From assembly GCA_002189035.1 (NCBI GenBank), contig NEEC01000008.1:620001-684000 (forward strand): 64,000 bases of DNA, written 5' to 3'. Positions 11,649 to 24,500 of the stretch are shown piece by piece. Numbering within the stretch: the first letter of the stretch is position 1; the number at the start of each line of letters is the position of its first letter. The translations under genes were made by a program, and so were the position numbers. The DNA is from Utricularia gibba. Lineage: Eukaryota; Plantae; Magnoliophyta. The notes below the pieces were generated by a model. It was given only the letters and a program-made list of their open reading frames with translations. It ran no database searches and had not been told where the DNA came from.

Positions 11649-12710
11649 TTAGAATGAGAATTAATAGAGATTTCATTCTCTATCTCATTTAAGAAGTAAA
11701 ATGCACATATAGCATGTTTTATTTGAGAGGGATAATGCAAATTTAATAACAATGTAAATAAAATTTATGTTAATAAAAATATATTTTTCAAGCATTTATA
11801 ACGACTTATATAGACGTTTGTAAAATATACAATATTTTTGGAAAAATATTTATAAACATTCAAATGATACATTATATATGTTTAGAAAATATATATTTTT
11901 TAAATATTTTTTATAAACACCTATAAGAGTCATTATAAATGTTTCAAGAATATATAACATTTTTAAAAATACGTTTCCAATCACTCATATGATCCGTTAT
12001 TGGTGACGGTAAAAAATGTTTAAAAAATAATGTATTTTTTGCAATAGGGTTTTGATGTTTTTTAGTGAATTGAAAAAATTATGGACAGAAAAGTAAATTC
12101 ATTTACTATTTTTAGAAAAAAGTCAAAATGAGAATGTAAAAGTGGCGTCTATATCATTTTAAAGGAGGAATAAATTAAAAAGGAGAAAAAAAAAAGTCAT
12201 GTAGAACATCATCCTAATTTTACATTTTCATTTTGATTTCTCTCATAAAAATATTAGATGAATTAAAATTTTTATCCATAATTTTCTCAATTTATTAAAA
12301 AATATTAAATCCATATTACAAGAAATATACTATTTTTTAAACATTTTTGTCTAAGCATCTATAATGATTCATGGAGTTGTTGAAAACGTATTTTTAAGAA
12401 TATTATATATTTTCCAAACAATTATAGCAACTTTTGTAGATATTAAAAACATTTAAAATAATATATTTTTCTAGTGTAAATAACATATCATGTGGATGCC
12501 TAGATATTCATTTCAAAAAATGATATATATTTTACACTCATATATACGAATCATTGTAAGTGTTTAAAAAATATATTTTGTTACTAGGATAAAAATATCA
12601 TTTACATTATTATTAATTTTGCATTCTCATTGTTGAACAGAGGATGTTATATGTACATTTTACTTTTTAAAATGAAAACAAAATGAAATCTCCATTAATT
12701 CTCATTCTAA
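11649..12710. mobile_element. Non-autonomous AT-rich foldback element (MITE/Mutator-like) with long inverted repeats
   Basis: 29-bp inverted pair: ttagaatgagaattaatagagatttcatt (11649-11677) vs aatgaaatctccattaattctcattctaa (12682-12710), one mismatch. A further internal inverted match (tttaaaaatacgtttccaa vs ttgaaaacgtatttttaag). No ORF. True ends and TSD not resolved. Confidence 0.6.
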
Positions 12711-12949
12711 AAAGAATTAAAATGAAAAATGAAAAATGAAAAATGAGAATTACATCACAACATTCTATTACTTTCCTTTTTTTTTTTTCTCTCTCTCTCT
12801 CGCTCGATCCAGAGCATTTTATCGAGTCCGAGAATCTTAGAGGCCCAGCCCAGAAGGACACCATTGCTACTACTTTGCAATGACCAAATTCCTTTAAGCC
12901 TGTGAATTTCTTCAAGAATATGGAGACGAAAAGGGGCAGAACACACGCA

Positions 12950-13360
12950 TTAGATTTGCTTATCAGAATTCAACCGCTGCAGCCACTCCGTTGGGCTACG
13001 GCCGATGAGGGATGGACGCCCCGACGATGAATGTATCAGGGGTGTCCCTTCATCCACACCCAGATTTGTATCAGAAGAAGTGCCGTTCCCTTCTTCGCCG
13101 CTGCCTCCGTCTGGCTGATGATGTACATCCCATGTCTTCTTCTCCTGCGCGATGGTTCATGTAACATGGTAAGTATCACAATGAGAATGATCCCAGCAAG
13201 CACGATCCGGCGTTCCTACCTTGCTGATCCTATCAGGGATGGCTTCCGAGATGTGTGATGATGTCCCAGCTTCCCTGACCTTGAGATAATTGTACAGCAG
13301 CACGCCACACAGAGCTGCGGAGGGTGACCACGAGTGGAGTAGTAAGTGGCAGGAAAGTAT

Positions 13361-13392
<32 letters not shown>

Positions 13393-15450
13393 GGTATTGC
13401 GGCGCCAAGGCCGAAGAAGGGTCGACACTCTACCGATGGCGTATCCGATGATGTTCAGCCCCGTAATCTTGGATTCTGGGAAGACCACGGTTGAGAGGGC
13501 TATCAGGATCCAGTCTTTCAAAACCCCAGCCACTCTAACAGTCACAGCTCCAGTTCTACCAATCACCAGGAATATAGAGAAGTTCAACATCAGAGCACAG
13601 ATGGCATTGGAGAAAAAGATCCAGAAGTTGAACTGAATTTGAGAGATGTCCATCCCCGGCTTCTCGAGAAAGTACCAAGGAACAAAAAGAAACACAAAGC
13701 TGCATTTCAGATACAATGATGACATGTATTAGTAGATTCCTGAATATCATTGCCATTTGTCTATCTAAAGGCAGCTAGACAGTGGAGAGGCCCATGTCAG
13801 AACCCTCTTTTGTTCTTTCTTTAAAGCAAGAAGTTCCCCTTTCATCGCTTACCAGAGACTGAGAAAATGTACCCCAAAACAGACACATGTCTAAAGCAGC
13901 ACAATTCAAATGAACAATTTAACTCTATTCCTAAATCCAGTGGGCGTGCTGAGGAAAAAGGAAGGTCACAGATAGTTCTAATACCTGCAAGGAGCAATAT
14001 AGTATAAGCTCGTGAATGGATTCAAGACTAAACCCTTCTTCTGTAAAAGAACTTGGGTCAAGACCAATCTCAGAGCTTCTGCAACTATACCTGTAACTTG
14101 GTAAACCGTCCCGATCACATTAAAATGAATTTCCCCGTAGGATGAAATGAGGACCCCAACACTGACCAGCACCATATTCAAGAAAACATCCCATCTCAGT
14201 TTATCAGTACCACACAGAACAGCCACTACAAACGTTGCCACCGGCACTGCCCAGTCAGTATTAAGGATGTAAGTGACATTCAAAAACCATTTCATTGGGA
14301 ATTAAAGCGATGGATAAAATACAGTTACATACTAAGTGCTTTCAGCATCTGAATAAATGCCACAGATATATGTAGATAAGCCGTGTTACCGAACCTGCCA
14401 TATAATTTAGACATAGTTTAAGCTCATAGTCCCAAAAAATATCAACCAAGACACCTAGGCCTACTAGCCTCTGCCAAAGAACAAAAACTCAGATAAATTA
14501 TTTGACATCAGAGACCATAACAGTTATCATTTTTGCCAATACGATTTCCTTCATCATATTTTGTGTGCTTTGGATGATCATGAAATAGCCATAGATGCAG
14601 GATAACTATTCTCTAGACATTCTGCCGGACCACACAAATTGTACAAGTATTGCATCATTCACAACACTTCATCAGCAAGATATCCAGTTTAATGGCGTCA
14701 AAGGCACAATTTGCATGGTGGGATTGGAACATACCAGAGACTAGATGCGAAAAAAGCACTTATTGGTACCACGCAAGTGGCATATCTGTCACCAATCACC
14801 AAAAATAAGAAAAAAAAAAGATATGGAAAAGAAACCATCAATGACAATACTAAAGAGCTCCCTTACATTCGAAATGTCATTTTAACGGGCGATACGACCT
14901 GCAGATAAATTAGCTGTCAGCTGTCAAAAAATATATTTCCTGAAGGGAAAATCTTATGACAAATCAAATCGTCTACCTACTCATGATAGAGACCAGGATC
15001 ATACCCATAGCCTAACACCTACCCGGCTTCGGGCCTTTTCAACCATGTATCAATAGTATGAACCACAAAAGAATACTTATCCCACCCACTTAACCGAAAC
15101 CAAATTTTCAGATGGCATCAAACAGCGGCGATACAATGTAGTAGAAATGAATCATCTGAGGCATGATATTTACCTTGAAGACACGAATGACCAAAAATGC
15201 TACTGACCCAGAGAATGCCATATGTATCATTGTCAGCGTTATAGGAAATGGAAAATTGAAATACTTTGGAGAGAGCACCCACTGCAAACGGAAAGCAAAT
15301 GTCATGTGAAATTAATCTGCAGTAGAAGAAAACAGTACAGAGTGAAAGGAAGTCAAGAAGTGTGACCTTGTTATACAAGATAACCCCAGATGATAGCGTA
15401 ATGTAGATTAGAAGGTAGAAATACGTCAAGATTTGTGCCCGAGTGACCAT
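12950..15450 (-). CDS. Probable sugar phosphate/phosphate translocator (TPT/NST family), multi-exon
   Basis: Spliced: YFYLLIYITLSSGVILYNK|WVLSPKYFNFPFPITLTMIHMAFS..|VVSPVKMTF..|YATCVVPISAFFASSLW|FGNTAYLHISVAFIQMLKAL|MPVATF..LRLVLTQVLLQKKG..|..IGRTGAVTVRVAGVLKDWILIALS. Stop TAA at 12950-12952. Confidence 0.9.
13363..13390. repeat. (AGAC)7 microsatellite in a translocator intron
   Basis: Direct reading. Confidence 0.9.
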
Positions 15451-18400
15451 TTTCACCCGTCTTCTCCCCAAGGCTGTTGAGCTTTGTCGCCAGAAGCCTT
15501 GTAGAAGAACAAACAGATCAATGCCTGCGCAGGGAGTTGGCCGATGCAAATATGAGGGCAGCAGGGACTATATCAGCTTCGTATCCAAGTCCCAGAATGA
15601 AGCACATGTGTAAGCTAAGTTCTGATCATGAAAAAAAAGAACTCGTTTTCAAGAAAACAATCGCCGAAGAACTGAGGCGGCACAACGGGGAACGACATTA
15701 CACGAATTCGGTTGACAACGAAGTTACAAACTGAAAATGAAACCGCGGCATAGATTCTCAACGAGTAGGACCGCAAAACGACATCAAGATGATGAAGTGA
15801 TCCGAAACCAGCAACATGCGAATGAATCTTGAACACTGTATAGCACCAAACCTAGGAAAGACAGCCAAGGGAATGCGCGAACCGAGGCGTACTGAGATAC
15901 CGATCGAGCTCCTCAAACCGCCGACGGCGGAAGTTCGGAATCGAAGGAAAGCGGCAAAATGAGTTTGGGAAATGGGATTCATAACAATACCAAAAGCAAA
16001 AAAAAAAAAAAAAAAAAAAAGAAAAACCCGCCGCTTACTCCAAATCCAATAGAATTGGTATTCAATTCACTGCATTAAAGACTGATAATAACAAGAAATG
16101 GAGTAGGCGGAGTTGGATTGCATTAGATTCCATGGAAACACGAAATCAATGTGCCATTAAGCAACCAGTATCAAATCCCATCCCATCCCATCCCATCCCC
16201 TCCTGGTTGCAATGTCAATAATCACTCATCAGTTAGTGGGCCTTTTTCCTTTTGCATACACAGCAGCGCCGTCCAGTGACGGGGCTTGGGACTCTGTCAT
16301 CTCCTACCCGCAACGTCAACGTGCACCCCTCCTGCAAACTGCATCAGATTCAGGTCCCAGTCCCACCCACCCCTCCAAAGTCCGGGTACTGGTAATTTTC
16401 AGACGAATTGTGGTGTTCATAAGAGAATTCTGGGAAGAGCTTTCTTTCTATCGACATCGCACACTAGTGGAAGGAAGGGCGGCAATGATGATGTAAGTGA
16501 ATGAATGCATGCACACACGCAAGGGGTGGGCGCCATTTGCCAACTCCAGGGCACCCAGTCACGTATTCAGGCGTGTAGGCCAGTTGGTGTATTGAAATCG
16601 TAGCGGCAAGCAAGCGCAAGCGCAAGCGGAAGGGCATTTGGCGATTAATGCCGTCTGCCTCACGGGAGTCATTCTCACATCCCAATCCTGCAACAAACTC
16701 CCCCTCTACACTCGTATTGCGTACGACACCCATCGATATTCGCTGCCAGACCCCTCAACTTCTGCGTTTTCCGATTCACCCCCTGAAAATTTACAATATT
16801 ATTGAATTTATCCGTCGGTGGGGGTTATTCACAAAAAGCGAGGGACCGCCCCGCCAATATTGATTCGGTTGGGGGCTACCAGTGCAATAGCCCAAAAGTG
16901 TATCTAATTTTTTATTCCATGTATTATTTAATGACAAACTTATTTTTAAACAATATTGTCTCTCCTACTTTCATTTTTTTCCCATCATAATTTTTATCAT
17001 TTGATTGTTGGGCTGACCAGTATTTTGAATTTGTGATTCAAATTATATAAAAATAGAATTAATTTATAAAATTTTTTTATAAAATAATATTATAACACTG
17101 AATAAAATAAATTATATACTATAAACTTAATATATTAAATTGTTATATAGTTTCATTTTATAAAGTAAATTAAAATTAAATAATATAATATTTCTAATTT
17201 TTCAATTAATAAAATAAAATTTAATAAATTCAATAATTTTTGAAATTAATCATAAAAACTAAATTTTTTATCTTAATACAAAACGGTTAGAATTTAAAAA
17301 TTAAATAGAATCACTTTATTTATTAAAGGTTGTGTCTATTTCATAAAAAATTAATTTTTAAAGATATTTGATAGTATTTTTACATAATAATGTGTATATA
17401 TGTGTAATTATTAATTTTTTTCAAAGAACATACCCTATAAAATAAAATTAACCTAGTTATATGAAACTAAGGCCTTAATTTTGAGTTGTATTTGATTAAA
17501 TCCGAAATTGAAAGTGTGCGTGGAAATTTGAGGATGGGACCTTAATGAATGTGTTGGAGGAGGCTCCGGGTGGTGGGCGTCCGTCCAGCTCGCGGCTGAC
17601 CGACGACCCCTCAATGTGTCAACAAAAGGCATTGATGACGATTAGATTCCCTCTCAGCGCTGTCATTAGCATTGATTATTGTATCGAAAGCTCTAATTAC
17701 CTAAATCCATTTGACCAACCTTTCTCTTTCTCCCTCTCTCTCCCAGTCCCAGCGCAGGCCAATGAAATGGCGTCCTGATCTGAGCCCCGTGTGCCCGCTC
17801 ATGCACAGTGCAGTCCCCCCGATACAAAAGAAATAAAGTATATCGTGTGTGTGTGTGTATTTGCCGAGTAGAGTAGAGGGGTAGGTACGATGCAGTAGGG
17901 AGTATGGGACTGCAATGTGGAAATTCGGATGAGCAATCAACTTCAGAAGGTCGTGTATGAAAGGGCCATTAAAACTGACTTCTCCGAGCTCATGTTGATT
18001 ACTTTACTTGATTGCATGTGTGATTAGTCCCGCCCTTGGGATTAGCTTCGTGTTTGTGGTGGATTCCCTGGGGAAGAAGGCGTGTTTAGAATAGATTGCT
18101 ACCCTTTTTGAGATACCAGCGACCGCTGATAACTCCTCCTCCTTCTGCTGCTTATTATTCCAATTCCCCTCTGTGTCTGATTCCAATTCCATGTGCTTGA
18201 TGCATTTCGCTTTGAGTTGAGTGCAAGTATCGTGTCAGAGAAAGAAAGGGAGGTAATACTTCTCAAAGCAACGTGCTTATTGTTTGAGACTCAAGTATCC
18301 CATCTCCGGTTCACACCACAAAAGCAGAAACGAAGAAAAAGGAAAGTGGAGCCTGCCGGGGATGCGGCTGGTTTTTTCGTGTTTTCAGAGTATTCATTTT

Positions 18401-18737
18401 GTCTGCCGGGATTAGGCCCGCCCTCTGGGATTTTGACATTCACGACGCTTTAGCCTGGCAAACTCCCACAGTTCTTCCTTTCACACGGGTAAAGTTTGAA
18501 TCTTGGAACAAATGATTGCACAACCGCCTCTTCTTCTTCTTCTTCTCCTTCTTGTTATTTTTTTTCCACTTGTACTCCTTTTTTTCAAAAGAGTTGTTCA
18601 GTCAACCTCTGTACGGCGTAAATGGAAATGGGTTGCAGTTTTGCCTTTGAGATCGTTCTCGTTTCTCTTGGGTGTCCCTTCTTTTACTGATTTGGGCAAG
18701 TGTTGTATGTGTATGGCAGCCATCGTGATTCCGGCAA

Positions 18738-20596
18738 ATGGGCGGTTCCGATTACAGCGCTGGAGCTCACCAGAATTCTCACGCACTTCACATCGCGGCT
18801 TGGGTCTCAGGAGGCATTTCTATTGGCTTCATAATTGTACTCGTTCTTGTGCTGCTGTTCTGCTATTCCCTTAGGAAATCCAAGAAGGGGGGACGTTACC
18901 CACAATCCGGACCCCAGATTTATCTACAGAAATCAAGGAGATCACTGTGGACCAGAACTCGGCAAGCCATGTTGATTATAAGCGGTGCGTCTTTGATGTC
19001 CCTGAGAACTTCACCGACAAGAGCGCCGGAAAAGGGTGGGCTTTTTCCAGACTGACAAGGCGAATAAAAAAAACGCAAATGGTTGTAGCAAATCAGGATC
19101 TTCTAATATCTCGTCCGTTGAATCTGGGGAAAAGAAAATGATGGTTTGTTCATCCCCTGGTGATGGCCTTCCGGAGTTCTCTCATTTGGGTTGGGGTCAT
19201 TGGTTTACATTACGGGATCTTGAGATAGCAACCGACAAATTTTCAAGGGAAAATGTGATCGGAGAAGGTGGATATGGAGTGGTTTACCGGGGCACGCTGA
19301 TCAATGGAACAGCAGTCGCCGTGAAAAGGATTCTGAACAACCTGTAAGTTCCCGGAGAGATAAAAAAAAAAAGACTTTCATCCAACTGTTTCACATGGTA
19401 TTATCATGGGCTGCTTTTTACTGCAGGGGACAAGCCGAGAAGGAATTTAGAGTTGAAGTAGAAGCTATTGGCCATGTGAGGCACAAAAACTTGGTTCGGC
19501 TTCTTGGTTACTGCGTAGAAGGCACTCACAGGTAGGTCTTAAGATTCACGATTCCCCCTCACCTGTGTCTTGATGGCTACTTCAAATTTCAGGCTGCTGG
19601 TTTATGAGTATGTTAACAATGGAAATCTCGAGCAATGGCTCCATGGAGCCATGGCACCAGGGCGCCTCACCTGGGTGGCTCGAATGAAGATCCTGCTCGG
19701 CACTGCTAAAGCGTGAGTAGATGAATCACAATGCTTTTCATCATTTTCTTCTGCGCATCATCCCTTGGCTGTTTCATGTGATGAATGGTTGCGCTGGCAG
19801 TCTAGCTTACCTGCACGATGCGATCGAGCCGAAGGTTGTGCATCGCGATATCAAGTCGAGCAACATACTGATCGATGATGATTTCAATGCTAAAATATCT
19901 GATTTTGGACTGGCCAAGCTGCTGGGAGCTGGGAAGAGCCACATTATCACCAGAGTCATGGGGACCTTCGGGTGAGGGAGCAACATACTGATCAATGGAA
20001 CTGTTCTTTCTTCTTGGGAATGTGCAACTTAACATTACGGCCTCATCTGAGCAGATATGTAGCTCCAGAGTACGCAAGCAGCGGTTTCTTGAACGAGAAA
20101 AGCGATGTTTTCAGCTTCGGTGTTGTCCTCTTGGAGGCTATCACAGGACGAGAACCAGTAGACGACACACGCCCTGTCCACGAGGTGCATCCTCGTCTTC
20201 ATAACTAACCAAAAAAAGCTTACAGTTGTTGAACCTGTGGGTGATGATGATGCAGAAGAACCTTGTGGACTGGCTGAAGATGATGGTTGCAACCAAGCGG
20301 TCGGACGAGGTGATCGACCCGTGTCTTGAGCCCAAGCCATCGACTTCCGCCCTCAAACGAGCCCTTCTGACAGCACTCCGGTGCGTGGATCCCAACGTCG
20401 AGAAACGGCCGACCATGAGCCAAGTGGTCCAGATGCTGGAGTCCAAAGTGTACCCGGTTTCAATAGAGGTTCAGACCACTTCATTCAAGATGCCTCTGTT
20501 TCATTAGTGCTCCCTTCTCACCAACCCACATTCTTGATTCTGTAATTGATCCAGGGCCGTGGAAGGAGAAGGGACAGGGAAGAAGGCAGCATCTGA
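18738..20596 (+). CDS. Receptor-like kinase with short ectodomain (RLCK-V, GPK1/At5g18500-like); two apparent frameshifts near 18912 and 19034
   Basis: N-terminal TM ([20 protein letters not shown]), [94 protein letters not shown]. Confidence 0.9.
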
Positions 20597-21576
20597 TGCT
20601 TCGCAGCAGCAAGCAAACCCCACAGCAGTACCGCATCCCATACTCTCAGCACAGAGACGGTAGAGAGGCTTCACCCGAGACGATATGAAAAACACAGACA
20701 TAGTGATTGATAATAACCAGTGAGCGCGAGCGCGAGCGTGAGCTGCACCACAAGTTCGTGTACGGAAGGAGATTGTGTGTGTGGAGTGGAAGGCATCACG
20801 GCGTGCGTGCTTTGTACAGTGTGTGCTTGGGGACATGTGCAGATACTCTGAGTTTTGATTCTGAAGCAACTTTGGTAGGAGACGAAGAAGACGCTTGGCT
20901 GCTCAATTATTACCATTTTAATTATTAATTAATTAATTAATTATCTGGAATGGATGAGCTGGGAATTAAATTAATATTTCTTTTTCTTTTTTTGACTTGG
21001 AATTTCATTTTCTTTTTTTTTTTTCCAACTGCCCCGCGGTTTTACTCAGGACTCCCAGTCACCACTTTTGTTGGTTTTACCCGTTTTCCGGGGGCGTTCG
21101 CTTAAGCTCTCCATCAAGCTTCCAGCTATTCGACTTTTTGATTGATTTACCGCCCCCAAAGTTGATTGATTGATCCATCCGCTGCTCGGAAGGTTAACAC
21201 AGATCAATCTCAGCTTCTACTTTTTGTGTCGGCAGTTCGTGCAGGGGATGCGAGTTGAGAGACTCGAACCCGTAACTTCGAGATATTTAGTCTGACTCTG
21301 GTCTCTCGGTTTTCGTTTCCCGGATCGAGGGGAGGAGGGTCTTCCGAGTTTGTGGCATGCGGCACTGTATTTGTAGTACTAAGGAACTAGAGCTGTTCTG
21401 GCGTGCGGGATGCCTCTTTTAGATTTTTGGGGTTGTAGCGAGGCTGATTGATTGCGACAAGTTCACAATGTTGAGGAAGTTACTCGCTGTCCGTTAGTTG
21501 TGCCCCTGCTCTGCAAATTCCATTTCTTTTCTTCTTTTCCTGATTGATGACCTGTGGAAATACTGGATTTTCGCAA

Positions 21577-24500
21577 ATGGAGGCCAAGTTCGGTAGAAAC
21601 TTGCACCGTTTATGTGAGCCTGTTGTGTCAGATTTGAATGGAGTCGGAAAAAGGAGTATTGAGTGGGATTTGAACGAATGGAGATGGGACGGAGATTTCC
21701 TAAGAGCTTCTCCGCTGAACCCAGTGCCATCAGACTGCAGCAGTCGACACCCTTTTGGCCCCGATATTCCAGTAAAGAATGCTTCTCTAAATTTTTTGGC
21801 GTCATCGTCTGTGGAAGCCATACTGGAAGATGGGAGGGAGAAGAGAGACTCAGAGAAAAGGAGGCGATATATTGACGTGAATGAGGAGCATGAGAATGGT
21901 GAAGCTGGATCACTTGATTTGATGTTGGGTGACCAAGTCTTCCCGATCGTGGATAAGGACGCTGATAAATCGGAAAAGAGTGGGAAAAAGTCCAACTTAT
22001 GTGGTGAACAATCTAGTCGAGCAGTTTGTCAAGTTGAAGGTTGTAGAGCTGATCTGAGTAGTGCCAAGGATTACCACAGACGGCATAAAGTGTGTGATGT
22101 GCATTCCAAGGCCAGCACAGCTTTAGTCGGAAGTATTATGCAAAGATTTTGTCAGCAGTGCAGCAGGTCACTTCTTAGTTCTGTTTCTTTTCGCTACTGC
22201 TTCGCCTTAACTTTGTCATCCGTGATATGCCCCACCATATCCAATTCTGTGATGCTTGTTTTATTTTCGTGCATAAGTTTGTTGACAGTGGCACTCATTT
22301 GCATTTGTGTTGATTCATTATTTTGACTCCTCATCCGTAGGTTTCATGTTCTTGAAGAATTTGATGAAGGGAAAAGAAGTTGTCGCAGGCGGCTGGCTGG
22401 ACATAATAAACGGAGGAGGAAAGCACATCCAGAGAATGCAGTTGGTTCTACTGCAGTTAATGATGAGCAGCGCACTAAATATCTGTTGATCAGTCTGCTG
22501 AGGATACTATCGAATATACAATGTAGGTTGTTACATTTACTAACTCATCTGAATGTGCTGAGAGTTCCAAATTTTACCGTGTGACTGGTAATTGATGTAG
22601 CTTGATGATGTGAAGGAGTGACTTGACCAATCTGTATGAATTCTGACATGCTGCAATTGGTTGTTTCTGTGATATGAACGCTTTATCTTATGTTTTTCGC
22701 AAATATGATTTTTTTTCATGAGACTTTTCGACTTTCCGTGTGTTGTCTTCTCTTTTTAGTCGTTGTTCACCCTGCAGTTAATTTCAACTCTCCGCATTTT
22801 GTAATTGCAGCCAGCAGCTCAGATCAAACAAAGGATCAGGATTTGCTTGCCCATCTTCTAAGAAATCTTGCGACGGTCTCTGGGTCTACTAATATTTCAA
22901 ATCCTAATGGACTGTTACCTGTATCTCCGGATTTACAGAATGCCGGAACGTCATGTGGAAAAACTATCAGGGTACTAGACTAAATTCAGGCTCAAATACG
23001 CTTCAAGAATGATCTAATCTGCCTGAGTGCATCTTCCTGCAGGAAAATGGAAGTTCTGATGAAAGACCCTTGCCTCTGCCCCAAACTGGTTTGGTGTCCA
23101 AGGATACTCTGACTGATAGTGCTCAAGTTGGAGCAGCACGTGTATCAACTGCTCTTTGCAATGCTATGCCTTCAGCGAAGTCCATTGGCTGTGAAGGAAG
23201 GGTAAAAATGAGCAATATTGACCTGAACAATGTGTATGATGATTCTGAAGATTGCACGGAAGATTTGGTGGATAATATCCCCTGGAAAATGTATCACCAT
23301 ATGTCTCACCTTGGTCTTTTAAGGATTCTCAGAGGTCTAGTCCACCTCAGAGTCAATCACCATCAACATCAAGTGGAGAGGCACAGGTGCATTTGATTTT
23401 TAAGTCACCTCGTTCTTAAGAGCTTGTAAGAATTAATTCGAAAGTATTATGTGTCTTTGTTGAACACTTTGTCTTTTGCGCTTGCAGAGTCGTACAGATC
23501 GGATTGTTTTTAAGCTTTTTGGGAAAGATCCAAGTGATTTTCCTCTTGAACTGAGAAAGCAGGTCATTTCCTGGTTTTACACTTAAGATATTTTTTTTTT
23601 CTATCGAGTGATTCACAATATCAAAGTCTTACCTTGTTGAATCCAATGCCAGATGATTGATTGGCTATCCAGTAGTCCTTCTGATATTGAGAGTTATATC
23701 AGACCTGGTTGCATCATATTAACGATTTATGCATGCATGGATAAATCAAGCTGGGACGAGGTAGTTTTCTCATCTCTCAGGCACTCATATCTAATTGGCC
23801 TGAAAAAGGGACACTGTTGACACATGTGATCACTTCCATTGCAGCTAAACTGCAATCTTCATTCCAGTTTGAAGAGGCTTCTTGATGCATCTTCCAATCC
23901 CTTTTGGACAACTGATTGGATCTACACTAGAGTACAGCATCGTGCCTCTTTTGTATACAATGGTAGCATCAAGCTTTATACCCTTTACACACCTCTTCAT
24001 GTTGCACTTCTGATGATGTCAAAAATTGTTTTTTGAGAGCGAAAAAATAAAAATACACGTTGTTTCACTGCAGGCCAAGTTGTTTTGGATATGCCTGTAC
24101 ATCTCAGAGCCCTTGAGAGTTGTAGGATATCCATGATCTCACCAATTGCTGTTTCTTTCTCCGAAACAGTTCATTTTTCTGTTAAGGGTTATAACTTGTC
24201 TGGCTCAACTTCAAGGTATCATTTTTTTCCATAATCAAGATTTTGTTTTATTATAATATTCATTTCAATCCTGCAAGCTTCATTCTAACTGGCAGTATCT
24301 TATCTTAGAGTGGTTGTTACACTTGTATTAGGTTACTTTGTGCTCTCGAAGGGAGGTATATTCTCCAACAAAGTTGTGCTGATGTGGTTGGAGCTGATTC
24401 TTATGCTGATAATGGAGGGATCCAGTGCCTTCAATTTTCCTGTGCGGTGCCGCATGTTGTTGGGAGAGGATTTATTGAGGTGATGTTGTTAACCTTGTTA

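Noticed and set aside
13168-13176. ATACTTACC on the minus strand, the 5' end of U1 snRNA
   Set aside because: It continues ATG instead of TGG, with no U1 stem-loops, Sm site or USE/TATA promoter; it lies in an ordinary intron.
22603-22646. TGATGA...CTGA in an SPL intron, resembling C/D snoRNA boxes
   Set aside because: Only 44 nt from C to D box, no convincing terminal stem and no recognisable rRNA guide.
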